A stretch of DNA of 64,000 bases, from the NCBI RefSeq assembly GCF_013004595.1, contig NZ_JABEMC010000002.1, forward strand, positions 248,001 through 312,000. Direction: 5' to 3'. This document shows positions 1 through 9,539 of this stretch, piece by piece (within the stretch, counting starts at the first letter, position 1; each line of letters starts with the position of its first letter). This DNA is from Brevibacterium luteolum. GTDB lineage: Bacteria; Actinomycetota; Actinomycetes; Actinomycetales; Brevibacteriaceae. The position numbers were made by a program, and so were the translations under genes. The notes under the pieces are model-generated. The model was not told the DNA's origin. It saw only the letters and a program-made list of their open reading frames with translations, and made no database searches.

Positions 1-357
1 ATCGCCGGCTGGCTTCGCGCTGTCGCGGCCGAGGCAGGCATCACCGGTGATGGGATCGGACTCGACGTCGCGGTGACGATGGAGATGCCGGGCTTCATCA
101 CCGACCGTGACTCCCCCGCGATCACGACGCTTGAGGCCGCAGCCGAGGCGGTGACCGGGCAGGTGCCCGAATGCACGGTGTGGACGGCAGCCTGCGACGG
201 CGGCTACATCGCCCGGGACTTGGGGATCCCGACCATCGTGTACGGTCCAGGCAGCATCAGCGAACAGGCCCACCATGTCGATGAGGCGATCGAGGTCGCC
301 GAACTCGTACGCGCCTGCCGGGTCTACCGGCAGTTCATCGCCCGGACCTGCGGCTGA
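1..357 (+). CDS. M20 family metallopeptidase/amidohydrolase (ArgE/DapE-like), 5'-truncated by window edge
   Basis: Frame open from base 1; C-terminal M20 motifs ACDGG, GIPTIVYGPG, QAHHVDE. Confidence 0.8.
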   Translation: MAGWLRAVAAEAGITGDGIGLDVAVTMEMPGFITDRDSPAITTLEAAAEAVTGQVPECTVWTAACDGGYIARDLGIPTIVYGPGSISEQAHHVDEAIEVAELVRACRVYRQFIARTCG

Positions 358-363
358 AGCGAC

Positions 364-858
364 TCAGGCGCCGGCAGCGGGGAGCAACCGCGCACGACAG
401 CTGTGTCGCCGCATGACCTTGAGGAGTGGAAGCAGCAGCAGACCGACGACGCCGAAGACGACTGCCGGAATCCACAGCAGCGATGCATGCGCTGCGAGCA
501 GTTCAACGAAGGAGAAGTACGCGCCTCGCCTGTCGAGCAGCGCTGCGATCGTCACTCCGAGAAGATAGGCGACCAGGATCGGACCCAGAATGTATGTCGC
601 ATAGATCCCGGCATACAGCCGCCACCCGGCGCGCGGTCTCGCGATTCTGCGTTCGGCAGCGAAGGCGAGGCCCTCGGCAAGCAGCAGACCGGGCAGCAGC
701 GGCAGCAGCAGGAAGATGAAGAGCAGGAAGTCGGTGGAGCCCAGATCGCCATCGGACATGACCCACGATGCAGCAGCCAAGATCACCAGAGAGACGAGGC
801 CGGCCAGCGCCGCGTACCCGGCGATTGATGGTCGATCAAGCGTCCTGCTGCCTGCCAT
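364..858 (-). CDS. hypothetical membrane protein (~4 TM)
   Basis: ATG at 858 just after the aroD stop; several hydrophobic segments. Confidence 0.65.
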   Translation of the reverse strand: MAGSRTLDRPSIAGYAALAGLVSLVILAAASWVMSDGDLGSTDFLLFIFLLLPLLPGLLLAEGLAFAAERRIARPRAGWRLYAGIYATYILGPILVAYLLGVTIAALLDRRGAYFSFVELLAAHASLLWIPAVVFGVVGLLLLPLLKVMRRHSCRARLLPAAGA

Positions 859-862
859 GTCA

Positions 863-1612
863 TCAGTCCTCACCGGCAAGGATCTGCAGAGTCTGCAGCA
901 CCTCGGACGCGGACACCTGGCCGGGAGCTGAACCCTCACCGACGGTCGCGAAAGTGGCCGCCGAACCGAACTCACCGCCGATGAGCCGGGTGAGCCTGCC
1001 GCGCCGGCCCATCGCGATGACGATGATGGGGATCCGCAGGCGGGCCCGGCCGCGGTCGGCGGCTTTGAGCGCTTCGAGCACATCGGAGCGGTCATGCGGC
1101 ATCACCGCGACCTTCGCGACATCAGCCCCGAGGTCGGCCATGGCCTTGAGGGTGCGCAGCAGCTGCTTCGACGGCGGGGTGTCGGTGAAGTCGTGCGCCG
1201 AAACCACCGAGGCGACCCCCGCCTCGGCGGCGGCAGTGATGAGATCACCGGCATCCCGGCGGGCGAACTCGATGTCGACGGCGGCCGGGCCGGCGGCGAT
1301 CGCCTGCCGGATGAGAGTGGTGTAGGCGTCCTCGTCGAGGTTCGCGGCCCCGCCCTCGGAACCGGTGCGGATGGTCAGCAGCACCGGCAGGCCCGTGTGC
1401 GCACGGATGGCCGCCAGGCCGGCGGAGAACAGCTCGCCTGCCTCGGCGGTCAGCCCGGCGGCCAGGGCGTCGACGCGCCATTCGAGCGCGTCGATCCCGG
1501 GAGTCTGCGCGCAGTCAGCGGCCAGCCGGCCGAGCTCGTCGAGGTCGCCGGCGACGAGCGGGACGATGACGGCGGGCAGCTGATCTGAAGCCACGAACGG
1601 CAGCGATTTCAT
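863..1612 (-). CDS. aroD: type I 3-dehydroquinate dehydratase
   Basis: EWRVD, LLTIRTxxEGG, SAHDF, AKVAVMP, IAMG and SAPGQ motifs. Confidence 0.93.
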   Translation of the reverse strand: MKSLPFVASDQLPAVIVPLVAGDLDELGRLAADCAQTPGIDALEWRVDALAAGLTAEAGELFSAGLAAIRAHTGLPVLLTIRTGSEGGAANLDEDAYTTLIRQAIAAGPAAVDIEFARRDAGDLITAAAEAGVASVVSAHDFTDTPPSKQLLRTLKAMADLGADVAKVAVMPHDRSDVLEALKAADRGRARLRIPIIVIAMGRRGRLTRLIGGEFGSAATFATVGEGSAPGQVSASEVLQTLQILAGED

Positions 1613-1630
1613 GGCACTACCCTAGAGCAC

Positions 1631-2953
1631 TCACGATTCGAAGAGCGCCTGGCCGATGTACTCGCCCTCGCGCACGCCCGGCGGGATCGCCCACACGGTC
1701 GAGCCGATCGGCGCAGTCCACTGATTCAGCAGGTCGACCTCGTCGAGGCGCTTCTGGATCGGCAGGAACTGCCGTTCGACCGAGGCCTGGTAGGAGGCGA
1801 ACATGAGACCGGCCTTGCCGACGATCGCGCTGCCGGTCGGGCCGGTGGCGGCATCGGCGGCGTCGGGCACCGAATGGTAGTTGTACACGCGCCGGAAGAT
1901 CTGCTGCTCAGGTGCTGCGTTGTTGCGGCTGCGGGCGACGTGGCTGGCCGGCGAGATGATCGTGAAGCCCTTGTCGTCGGTGGCCTCCAGATCGGGGATG
2001 TCATGCTCCTCAGTGCCGGTCATCGGTGCGCCCTTCTTCAGATCGCGGCCGATCGAGAACTCCCGGGCCGGCCGGTCGGCCTCATCCCAGGTCGCGAGGT
2101 TCATGTCGATGTCGCGCAGCACGAGCGAGGTCCCGCCTTTGAGCCACGCCGGATAGTCAGCCGCCAGGTCGAGCGGCGGCTCGCCACGGGCGGAGAACAC
2201 CGGGCTGGCCTGCCCGAGCGTCTTGCCCCACACCAGCCGGGCGAAGTCCTCTGAACCGGGTCCCGGGTTGGCGGTGCCGTCGACCTGGCCGAAGAGGTTG
2301 CGGGTCGTCGTGCCCTGCGGATCGGACCCGTAGGAGCGGCGGAAGCTCGACCGCGACCAGGCGACGTCCATGAAGGCGCGGGCGTCCTTGAGCAGCATCC
2401 GCACCGCATGCGCGATGGTGAACGGATCATCGCCGCACACCTGCAGCAGCAGATCGCCGCGGCACAGCCGGTCCTCAAGCCGGTCGATGCCGAATGCCGG
2501 CAGCGGGCCCAGCCAGCCGGGGACGTGCTGGCTGCCTGCCAGCTCGACGAGCCCGCGGGCGAACCCGAAGGTCACGGTCAGTCTCGCGGGGCGCTCGTTG
2601 AGCTCCGGTTCGGTGTCGGCCAGGGGCGACTGGCCCTGGGTCATGAGCGCGGCATCATCGGTCAGCAGCTTGAGCATCCGGATGAGCCGCGTGAGGTCGG
2701 TGTCGTCCTTGCGGGTCAGTGAGACGAACATGGCGTGGGCCTGCGGGATCGTCTCGACCCCGGACTGGTGCTCGCCATAGAACGGCTCGATCTGGGCGCC
2801 GTTGAGGCCCGAGGTGTCGGGCTGGGGCTGGGCTGTCGCGGCCGGTTGCTGCCGGCCGGTCAGGAACCCGAGTCCGGCGCCGGCGGCTCCTGCCCCGACG
2901 CCGAGTGCGGAGGCGCCGAGCAGACGCCGGCGATCGATCTCCACAGAAATCAT
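1631..2953 (-). CDS. Tat-exported Dyp-type peroxidase (DtpA/EfeB-like)
   Basis: IDRRRLLG Tat signal; FYGEHQSG, GQVDGTAN (GxxDG), SHV, IFRR; start 2953 or GTG 2944. Confidence 0.9.
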   Translation of the reverse strand: MISVEIDRRRLLGASALGVGAGAAGAGLGFLTGRQQPAATAQPQPDTSGLNGAQIEPFYGEHQSGVETIPQAHAMFVSLTRKDDTDLTRLIRMLKLLTDDAALMTQGQSPLADTEPELNERPARLTVTFGFARGLVELAGSQHVPGWLGPLPAFGIDRLEDRLCRGDLLLQVCGDDPFTIAHAVRMLLKDARAFMDVAWSRSSFRRSYGSDPQGTTTRNLFGQVDGTANPGPGSEDFARLVWGKTLGQASPVFSARGEPPLDLAADYPAWLKGGTSLVLRDIDMNLATWDEADRPAREFSIGRDLKKGAPMTGTEEHDIPDLEATDDKGFTIISPASHVARSRNNAAPEQQIFRRVYNYHSVPDAADAATGPTGSAIVGKAGLMFASYQASVERQFLPIQKRLDEVDLLNQWTAPIGSTVWAIPPGVREGEYIGQALFES

Positions 2954-3026
2954 CTCCTCGATGGTAGGCGGCTGCCCGAGCCGGCCGGGCGGCACCGGCC
3001 GGCTCCAGGCAGCAGGTCACGGCCGA

Positions 3027-3653
3027 TCAGTGATCGTGTCCGTCTTCGTCATCGCCGTGGTCCATATCGCCATGGTCCATGTCGCCGTGGTCCATGTCCG
3101 AGCCGTCGCCCTGGTCGTATTCCTCCTGGGCGCCGGCGAACTCCTTGGCCGGGACGGTGACGTCGAGGTCACCGGCGTCGGTCTTGAGCGTCGTGGTGAC
3201 CTCAGCACCGGGCTCGATGCCCTCCTTAAGCTTCATGAGCATGATGTGGTCGCCGCCCGGCTCCAGCTTCAACTCACCGCCGGCGGGGATGACGAAGCCG
3301 CCTTCCTTCTCCTGCATCTTCGTCGAGCCAGAGTTGTCTTCGACGGTCTCGTGCAGCTCGGCCATTGCGGCGACCGAGGACTCGGCACCGGTGAAGTGGA
3401 TGTCCTGGTCGGAGGAGTTCTTCAGGGTGCCGAACACGGCGGTCATGCCGTGGTCCTTGTCGACGGCCTTGACCCAGCCGTCTTCGAGCGTGAGTGCCGA
3501 TTCGGCGGTGACCGCCTCGTCCTGCTGGGCGTCGGTGCCGCCGGCTTCGGTGGAGGCGTCGTTGCTGCCGTTGCTGCCGCAGGCGGCCAGGGTCAGTGCC
3601 AGGCCGAGGGCGGAGGCGGCTGCGGCGGTGCGGAATGCGATGGTCTTCTTCAC
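3027..3653 (-). CDS. copper chaperone PCu(A)C (ECuC-like) lipoprotein
   Basis: Lipobox LAAC; ELHE..M..PGGDHIMLM copper motif; His/Met-rich tail. Confidence 0.9.
   Translation of the reverse strand: MKKTIAFRTAAAASALGLALTLAACGSNGSNDASTEAGGTDAQQDEAVTAESALTLEDGWVKAVDKDHGMTAVFGTLKNSSDQDIHFTGAESSVAAMAELHETVEDNSGSTKMQEKEGGFVIPAGGELKLEPGGDHIMLMKLKEGIEPGAEVTTTLKTDAGDLDVTVPAKEFAGAQEEYDQGDGSDMDHGDMDHGDMDHGDDEDGHDH
3054..3098 (-). repeat. 3 x 15-bp coding tandem repeat (DMDHG)3
   Basis: gccgtggtccatatc/gccatggtccatgtc/gccgtggtccatgtc inside the PCu(A)C tail. Confidence 0.85.
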
Positions 3654-3804
3654 TGTGTTGAGTCCTTTGCTCTTACGCGCCGTGCACGCTGGTGCACGCA
3701 GGGCAGCACCGCAAGCGGGGTGCTGTCAGAGCCCTGCCGGGGGCACGGGGTTCAGACGGGTGAGGATCTGCACCGCTCCCGAGGCGGGAGTCCGGTGGTG
3801 CAGA

Positions 3805-4485
3805 TCAGGCAGGCGTGAGTGCCTGCAGGCGGGTGAAGAGGACCGCAGGAGGCCCGCGTCTGAACCGGGAGTCGAGCACGGCGGGTGTGACAGCAGCCAG
3901 CACCGGAGCGACCTGCACGGGCAGGCGCGGGGGCATGACGAGCGGGACGAAGCGGGTGAAGGCCGTGGCAATCGGGCCGAGGGCTGCCTGGATGAGGGCG
4001 AAGACGAACTCTTCGCCGCACTTGAGGATCGCGATCGTGACGACAGCCGAAAGCAGGTGGGCGATGAGCATCGAGGTGCCGGCGCCGCTCTGTGCGGCTG
4101 TCTGCCCGGCAGCTGCGGCGGTGTCGGCGACGGCGGCAGAGACCTCGGCATCGGTCATATGGTGGGCGTGCGCGCCGGACCCGGCGCCGGTGCCCAGCTG
4201 CAGGTAGACCCGGCCACTATGGCCGCTGATGATGAGCGGGGCGTGACTGAACAGGGTCATGAGGTGGTGCAGCGCCAGCTGCGCGAACGCCACGATCGCG
4301 CTGAGCGAAAGGATCCCGAGGCGGCGGCCGGCCAGCAGCACACCGATCCACAGGGTGAGCACGAAGCACACGACGCCGGCCAGCAGGGAGGCGCTGCCGT
4401 GGGCGCCGAGGTGGAAGAGCGTCGCGATGCCGGTGGCGATGAATGCTGCGCCGACGGAACGCCAGATGCGCATCTGCCTGCTCAT
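3805..4485 (-). CDS. His-containing membrane protein typical of actinobacterial copper-uptake clusters
   Basis: TM helices with FHLGAHG, QLALH, HAHHM, MLIAH and C-terminal RRGPP; upstream of PCu(A)C. Confidence 0.65.
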   Translation of the reverse strand: MSRQMRIWRSVGAAFIATGIATLFHLGAHGSASLLAGVVCFVLTLWIGVLLAGRRLGILSLSAIVAFAQLALHHLMTLFSHAPLIISGHSGRVYLQLGTGAGSGAHAHHMTDAEVSAAVADTAAAAGQTAAQSGAGTSMLIAHLLSAVVTIAILKCGEEFVFALIQAALGPIATAFTRFVPLVMPPRLPVQVAPVLAAVTPAVLDSRFRRGPPAVLFTRLQALTPA

Positions 4486-4671
4486 GCCACCTCCTCAGCT
4501 CGATCGCACACGCCCGCACACCGCGTGCGAGCCCGACTCATTCTACAACTTGTCGTGCTAGCTCTGCCCCGCGGGTTTGGCTGCGAGACAGCCGCCGGGC
4601 CCGCGCCTACGGCTGAAGTGCGCGCACGGCGCCGCATGCCCACCGGACGGTCGCTGTTCACCCTCCTCGGC

Positions 4672-4688
4672 GTAACGATGGTGTAACG
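4672..4688. promoter_or_regulatory. GTAACG-N5-GTAACG direct repeat (OmpR-family, MtrA/GlnR-like site)
   Basis: 11-bp period direct repeat upstream of the betaine ABC operon. Confidence 0.45.
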
Positions 4689-4944
4689 TTCCCTCTTTCA
4701 GTGTTTGCCCAGGTCAGAGCGGGTTTCATGAGCAATTCGTGAGAGCGCATCGGAAAGGCACCCTGCACGGCCAGGGTCTGTGCGACACGCGGCTCCATAG
4801 ACTGGTCGTCGTGGCCTGGCAGCGCCCGGACCTGCATGCCGGTCGCCAGCCTGGGACCGGCCACCGCCCGTTCGCTCTTCCGTTCCATCGGCAGCTGCGC
4901 TGGGCCGCACACCTGTGTCGCCGTTAGAAAGGTATCCGACCGCA

Positions 4945-6252
4945 GTGGCAGTCGTCGAAGCCTCACACGTATACAAGGTCTTCGGAAAGCGCGGGCGCGA
5001 CGTCGTCAAACGCCTCAAAGCCGGTGCTGACCGCGAAGAGCTCTCCCACCTCGGCACCGCTGCCGTCATCGACGCCAGCTTCACCGTCGAACGCGGTGAG
5101 AGCTTCGTCGTGATGGGCCTCTCCGGATCCGGCAAGTCCACCCTCATCCGGATGATCAACGGACTGTGGTCACCCACCTCGGGAACAGTGCGCGTGGCCG
5201 GCGAGGACATCTCGCAGATGCCGGCAGCCCAGCTGAGGCGCGTGCGCCGGGACAACATCGCCATGGTCTTCCAGCACTTCGCGCTCATGCCGCACCGCAC
5301 GGTGCGTGAGAACGCCGCCTACGCCCTCGAGATCAAGGAGGTCGCCAAGACCGAACGCCTTGAGCGCGCCGATCACTGGCTCGAGGTCGTCGGTCTCGAC
5401 GGGTGGGGCGACAAATACCCCAGCCAGCTCTCCGGCGGCATGCAGCAGCGCGTCGGGCTGGCCCGCGCGCTCGCCTCGGAATCAGACATCCTCCTCATGG
5501 ACGAAGCGTTCTCGGCACTCGACCCGCTGATCCGGCGCGAGATGCAGGAGCAGCTCGTCGAGCTGCAGTCGTCGCTGAACAAGACGATCATCTTCATCAC
5601 CCACGACCTCAACGAGGCGATGTACCTCGGCGACCGGATCGCAGTCATGCGCGCTGGCCGGATCGTGCAGATCGGCACAGCCGAGGAGATCCTCACCTCC
5701 CCAGCCGATGACTATGTCGCGTCCTTCATCCAGGATGTCGACCGCACCCGTGTGCTCACGGCCGGTTCGGTCATGAAGACCACCGATTCGGTCGTGCCGG
5801 TGACCGCCGGCCCGCGGGTGGCCGCCCGCACAATGGAGGAGCGCAACGTCTCAGCGCTGTTCGTCACCGACCGCTCCCGCCAGCTGCTCGGCATCGTCAC
5901 CGATGACGATGTCGTCGCTGCTGCCCGCACAGGGACCAGCGACCTCAGCGGGCTGCTGCGCACTGAGGGCCTGCTCAGCGTCTCAGTCGACACGCCGCTG
6001 TCCGACCTGTTCGCCCCCAGCGCCGAGGCGCTCGCGCCGCTGGCGGTGACCGATGACAAGAACCGGCTGGTCGGCATCATCCCGCGCATCCAGCTGCTCA
6101 ATGCGATGGCCTCCGCCACGAGCGACACCTCGGCGGCATCCCCGCCGGAGGCTCTGACAGGAGCCGGCGCGGCCGCCGCCGGCGGGTCATCCCCGGCGAG
6201 CGGATCGACTGCCGCTGCAGTCATCGACGACGAGCAGAATCAGGAGGACTGA
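4945..6252 (+). CDS. proV: glycine betaine/proline ABC transporter ATP-binding protein with CBS domains
   Basis: GLSGSGKST, LSGGMQQRVG, LLMDEAFSALDP; RBS AGAAAGG before GTG 4945 (alternative start 4915). Confidence 0.92.
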   Translation: MAVVEASHVYKVFGKRGRDVVKRLKAGADREELSHLGTAAVIDASFTVERGESFVVMGLSGSGKSTLIRMINGLWSPTSGTVRVAGEDISQMPAAQLRRVRRDNIAMVFQHFALMPHRTVRENAAYALEIKEVAKTERLERADHWLEVVGLDGWGDKYPSQLSGGMQQRVGLARALASESDILLMDEAFSALDPLIRREMQEQLVELQSSLNKTIIFITHDLNEAMYLGDRIAVMRAGRIVQIGTAEEILTSPADDYVASFIQDVDRTRVLTAGSVMKTTDSVVPVTAGPRVAARTMEERNVSALFVTDRSRQLLGIVTDDDVVAAARTGTSDLSGLLRTEGLLSVSVDTPLSDLFAPSAEALAPLAVTDDKNRLVGIIPRIQLLNAMASATSDTSAASPPEALTGAGAAAAGGSSPASGSTAAAVIDDEQNQED

Positions 6253-6254
6253 GC

Positions 6255-7121
6255 ATGGACTTTCTCAAACCGCGCATCCCACTTGGCGACTGGGCGGAGG
6301 CGTTCCTCGACTGGTTCGAAGACGCGTTCGGCTGGCTCATCAGCGGCGTCACATGGCTGCTCGACGCTCTGTACGACAACATCGAGGCAGCGCTGACGTA
6401 CCCGCACTTCCTCATCATGATCATCATCTTCACCGCAGTCGCCTGGCTGGCGGCGTCGTGGAAGCTGGCGATCTTCACTTTGCTCGGCTTCTACCTGCTG
6501 GCCGCACTCGATCAGTGGGAGACGGCCATGTCGACGGTCTCCCTCGTCATCGTCGCCGTCATCTTCGCGCTGCTGCTGGCCCTTCCGATCGGCATCCTGG
6601 CAGCCAAGTCGCAGGTCGTCTCCACCGTCGTGCGGCCGATCCTCGACTTCATGCAGTCGATGCCGGCGCTGGCTTATCTGGTTCCTGCCATCGTCATGTT
6701 CGGCGTCGGCCAGGTTCCCGGGGCCATCGCCACGATCATCTTCGCGATGCCGCCGGGCGTACGCCTGACCGAACTGGCCATCCGCCAGGTCGACCGGGAG
6801 GTCGTCGAGGCCGGTCACGCCTTCGGCGCCTCCGAAGGCCACATCCTCGGCCGCGTCCAGCTTCCGCTGGCGATGCCGACGATCATGGCCGGTGTCAACC
6901 AGGTCATCATGCTCGCCCTGTCGATGGTGGTGCTGGCCGGTATGGCCGGCGCTGGCGGGCTGGGCGGCCAGGTCATGCGCTCGATCAGCTCACTGGATGT
7001 GCCGCTCGGCGTCGAAGCCGGACTCGCCGTTGTCATCATCGCCATCTATCTCGACCGCGTCACCGCCGCACTCGGTGCCCGCAGCCCAGCCACCCGGGCT
7101 GCGGCGGCCTCCACCGGCTGA
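6255..7121 (+). CDS. proW: glycine betaine ABC transporter permease
   Basis: RPILDFMQSMP, EAGHAFGAS, GVNQVIMLALSMVV. Confidence 0.92.
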   Translation: MDFLKPRIPLGDWAEAFLDWFEDAFGWLISGVTWLLDALYDNIEAALTYPHFLIMIIIFTAVAWLAASWKLAIFTLLGFYLLAALDQWETAMSTVSLVIVAVIFALLLALPIGILAAKSQVVSTVVRPILDFMQSMPALAYLVPAIVMFGVGQVPGAIATIIFAMPPGVRLTELAIRQVDREVVEAGHAFGASEGHILGRVQLPLAMPTIMAGVNQVIMLALSMVVLAGMAGAGGLGGQVMRSISSLDVPLGVEAGLAVVIIAIYLDRVTAALGARSPATRAAAASTG

Positions 7122-7175
7122 CCGCCCACCGCTGTCACACGTCCGCAGAAGAACACAGGAAAGAGGTATCGTCCG

Positions 7176-8186
7176 ATGAAACTCTCGACTCTGACCAAAA
7201 CCGGCGGCATCCTGGCCGCATCGGTTCTCGCGCTCACCGCATGCGGGGGCGGATCCGAATCCAACGGCGGATCAGGCAATGGCGACGGCCCTCAAGTCGA
7301 GATGGCCGACCCGGATCGCGACTGGGAGAACTGCGACCCCGGTGCCACTGCCAAGGACGTCACCGACACCGAAGCAGACGACAACACCGACATCACCCTC
7401 GGTGCGTTCGACGGCTGGGACGAGTCCTTCGCCGCAGCCCACCTGACGAAGGCTGTCCTCGAAGAGGACGGCTACTCCGTCGACATCGAGAGCTTCCAGG
7501 CCGGGCCCGGCTTCACCGGTGTCGCCAACGGCGACATCGACGTCGTCCTCGACGGCTGGATGCCGCTGACGCACAAGGACTACATCGAGGAATTCGGCGA
7601 CAAGATGGAGGTCCACGGCTGCTGGTACAACAACGCTAAGCTCACCATCGCCGTCAACGAGGACTCCCCGGCGCAGTCCATCGCCGACCTCAAGGACATG
7701 GGCAACGAGTACGGCAACACCCTCTACGGCATCGAGCCCGGCGCCGGCCTGACCTCCACGACGGAGAACGAGGCCATCCCGACCTACGGTCTGGACAACC
7801 TCGACTTCAAGATCTCCTCAACGCCTGCGATGCTCGCACAGCTGAAGAAGGCCACCGACGCCGGTGACAACGTCGCCGTGACCCTGTGGCGCCCGCACTG
7901 GGCCTACGACGCCTTCCCGGTCCGCGACCTCGAAGACCCCGAGGGAGCCATGGGCGGAGCTGAAGTGATCTACAATTTCGCCCGTGACGGCTTCGCCGAG
8001 GACAACCCGAAGGCCGCGCAGCTGCTGCAGAACCTCGTCCTCGATGACGAGAACCTCGCCAGCCTGGAGAACGTCATGTTCTCCGATGAGAACTACGGCG
8101 GCGAGAACCTCGAGGAGGCCGTGGCCGAATGGCTCGAGGACAACCCGGACTTCGCCGAGGACTGGAAGGCCGGCAAGCTGAGCTGA
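7176..8186 (+). CDS. proX: glycine betaine ABC transporter substrate-binding lipoprotein (OpuAC-like)
   Basis: Lipobox LTAC; WMPLTH, GIEPGAG, WRPHW, LEDP. Confidence 0.9.
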   Translation: MKLSTLTKTGGILAASVLALTACGGGSESNGGSGNGDGPQVEMADPDRDWENCDPGATAKDVTDTEADDNTDITLGAFDGWDESFAAAHLTKAVLEEDGYSVDIESFQAGPGFTGVANGDIDVVLDGWMPLTHKDYIEEFGDKMEVHGCWYNNAKLTIAVNEDSPAQSIADLKDMGNEYGNTLYGIEPGAGLTSTTENEAIPTYGLDNLDFKISSTPAMLAQLKKATDAGDNVAVTLWRPHWAYDAFPVRDLEDPEGAMGGAEVIYNFARDGFAEDNPKAAQLLQNLVLDDENLASLENVMFSDENYGGENLEEAVAEWLEDNPDFAEDWKAGKLS

Positions 8187-8225
8187 GTTCTCAGCTGAGC
8201 TGACTGACGCCCGGCACCAATACGA

Positions 8226-8260
8226 CGCCTGCCCCGCATCTGCCCGATGCGGGGCAGGCG
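8226..8260 (+). terminator. stem-loop terminator after proX
   Basis: 15-bp perfect stem cgcctgccccgcatc/gatgcggggcaggcg. Confidence 0.75.
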
Positions 8261-8369
8261 CGTCTCATCCCGCGGTCCCGCCGCTGCTGCTGACCTCACC
8301 GGCTCGGCGCGGACGCATGAGCCTATTGCCATTAGTGCTTACGAGCACCCGGCGCCTACTGTGTCGGTC

Positions 8370-9362
8370 ATGCTCGTCAACGTTCACCATCAGCTGCCGC
8401 CGCAGCCCGGGCATGCCCCGGTGCGGGTGCGGCTGCCGCGCCACCGTGGGTATGTCGTCGACACCCGCGACTGGGGTCCGGCGCTCTCCGGTCCCGAGGC
8501 GGAGGGCACCGAGCCGCGTGCGTGCACGGTGTGCGCGCTCGCCCATGAGCTTGTCGAGGTGCTCGAGCGGCTCTCCCACACGACCGAGGTGTTCGAGGTC
8601 ATCATCCCGTGGTGGCTGCACATCGGCCGCTTGCGCTCAACTCTGACCAGCCACCTCGAGGATGTGCGCATCGGGCGGACGGTGCTGCACGGCAGCCTCG
8701 ATGGCCTCGAGGACCTGCTGTGGTCGACCGACGGGCTGGAGGAGTCGGCTGACTGTGCACTCACCGGTCACGCCGAACTCGCCGCTGTCGCCGTCGAGCA
8801 CGCCAGCGTGCTCACCGCCCGGCACGTCCTGGGTGAGCGCACCCGGGAGCTGCTCATCCACCTCGGCTGCCCGGCCTTCGGGCCTGCCGCCGAGTTCCTG
8901 CCCGCCCCCGCCGCCGGCCCCATGCGGGTGGGCCTGACCGGGGAGGGTACGCACTTCGTCACCCGGGTCGTGTCCGCTCACGGACAGCTGGATGCTGAGC
9001 GCTTCTGCCGGCTGCTGCCCGAGGCGGCCGCCGGGGCCTGCCGGATCCGCGGCACCGTGTGGGTCGACTCCAGGCCCGAGACCCGCGTGCGGGTGTGCGG
9101 GATCGGCTCACAGGTGTGGATGGAGGAGGACGGCCAGTGGTTCGCCCCGGCGTTCTCCTCACCATCAGGGGTGCTCGCCTGCCATCACAGCTCAGATCCG
9201 CAGGTCATCGACGCGCTGTGCCACTGGCATCCGCACCACGGAGACCGGTGCTCGCGCATCGCGCTCACCGCCCCACGCGAGTACGCCCAGGACTGGGCGG
9301 GCCTGCTGGCTGAGGCGGTGCGCTCCCAGCCGGCGCTGCCCGACCACCTGTCCCAGCACTGA
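8370..9362 (+). CDS. CobW/COG0523 C-terminal-domain protein, degenerate (MRF/Rv0106-like)
   Basis: CTVC motif; RIRGTVWV..RP and WHPHHGDR of CobW_C; no Walker A visible; TACTGT-N7-ATG leaderless start. Confidence 0.7.
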   Translation: MLVNVHHQLPPQPGHAPVRVRLPRHRGYVVDTRDWGPALSGPEAEGTEPRACTVCALAHELVEVLERLSHTTEVFEVIIPWWLHIGRLRSTLTSHLEDVRIGRTVLHGSLDGLEDLLWSTDGLEESADCALTGHAELAAVAVEHASVLTARHVLGERTRELLIHLGCPAFGPAAEFLPAPAAGPMRVGLTGEGTHFVTRVVSAHGQLDAERFCRLLPEAAAGACRIRGTVWVDSRPETRVRVCGIGSQVWMEEDGQWFAPAFSSPSGVLACHHSSDPQVIDALCHWHPHHGDRCSRIALTAPREYAQDWAGLLAEAVRSQPALPDHLSQH

Positions 9363-9416
9363 ACCACCAGCACCGAACAGTCAGCACGGAAGAATCAGCT
9401 ACAGAAAGGCACCATC

Positions 9417-9539
9417 ATGGAGGTCCGCAATTCGCTTCGCTCCCTGAAGAACCAGCCCGGCTCCCAGGTCGTGCGCCGCAAGGGCAAGACCTATGTAATC
9501 AACAAGAAGAACCCGCGCCTGAAGGCACGGCAGGGCTGA
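9417..9539 (+). CDS. rpmJ: 50S ribosomal protein L36, type B (Zn-independent, YkgO-like)
   Basis: Translated by hand: [50 protein letters not shown]; too short for the ORF track. Confidence 0.96.
   Translation: MEVRNSLRSLKNQPGSQVVRRKGKTYVINKKNPRLKARQG

Noticed and set aside
4704..4720. CCCAGGTCAG motif, also at 60821-60830
   Set aside because: Two short intergenic copies are not enough to call a repeat family
8323..8345. Possible Zur box before the cobW-like gene (TATTGCCATTAGTGCTTAC)
   Set aside because: Only the left half resembles the actinobacterial Zur palindrome; too degenerate
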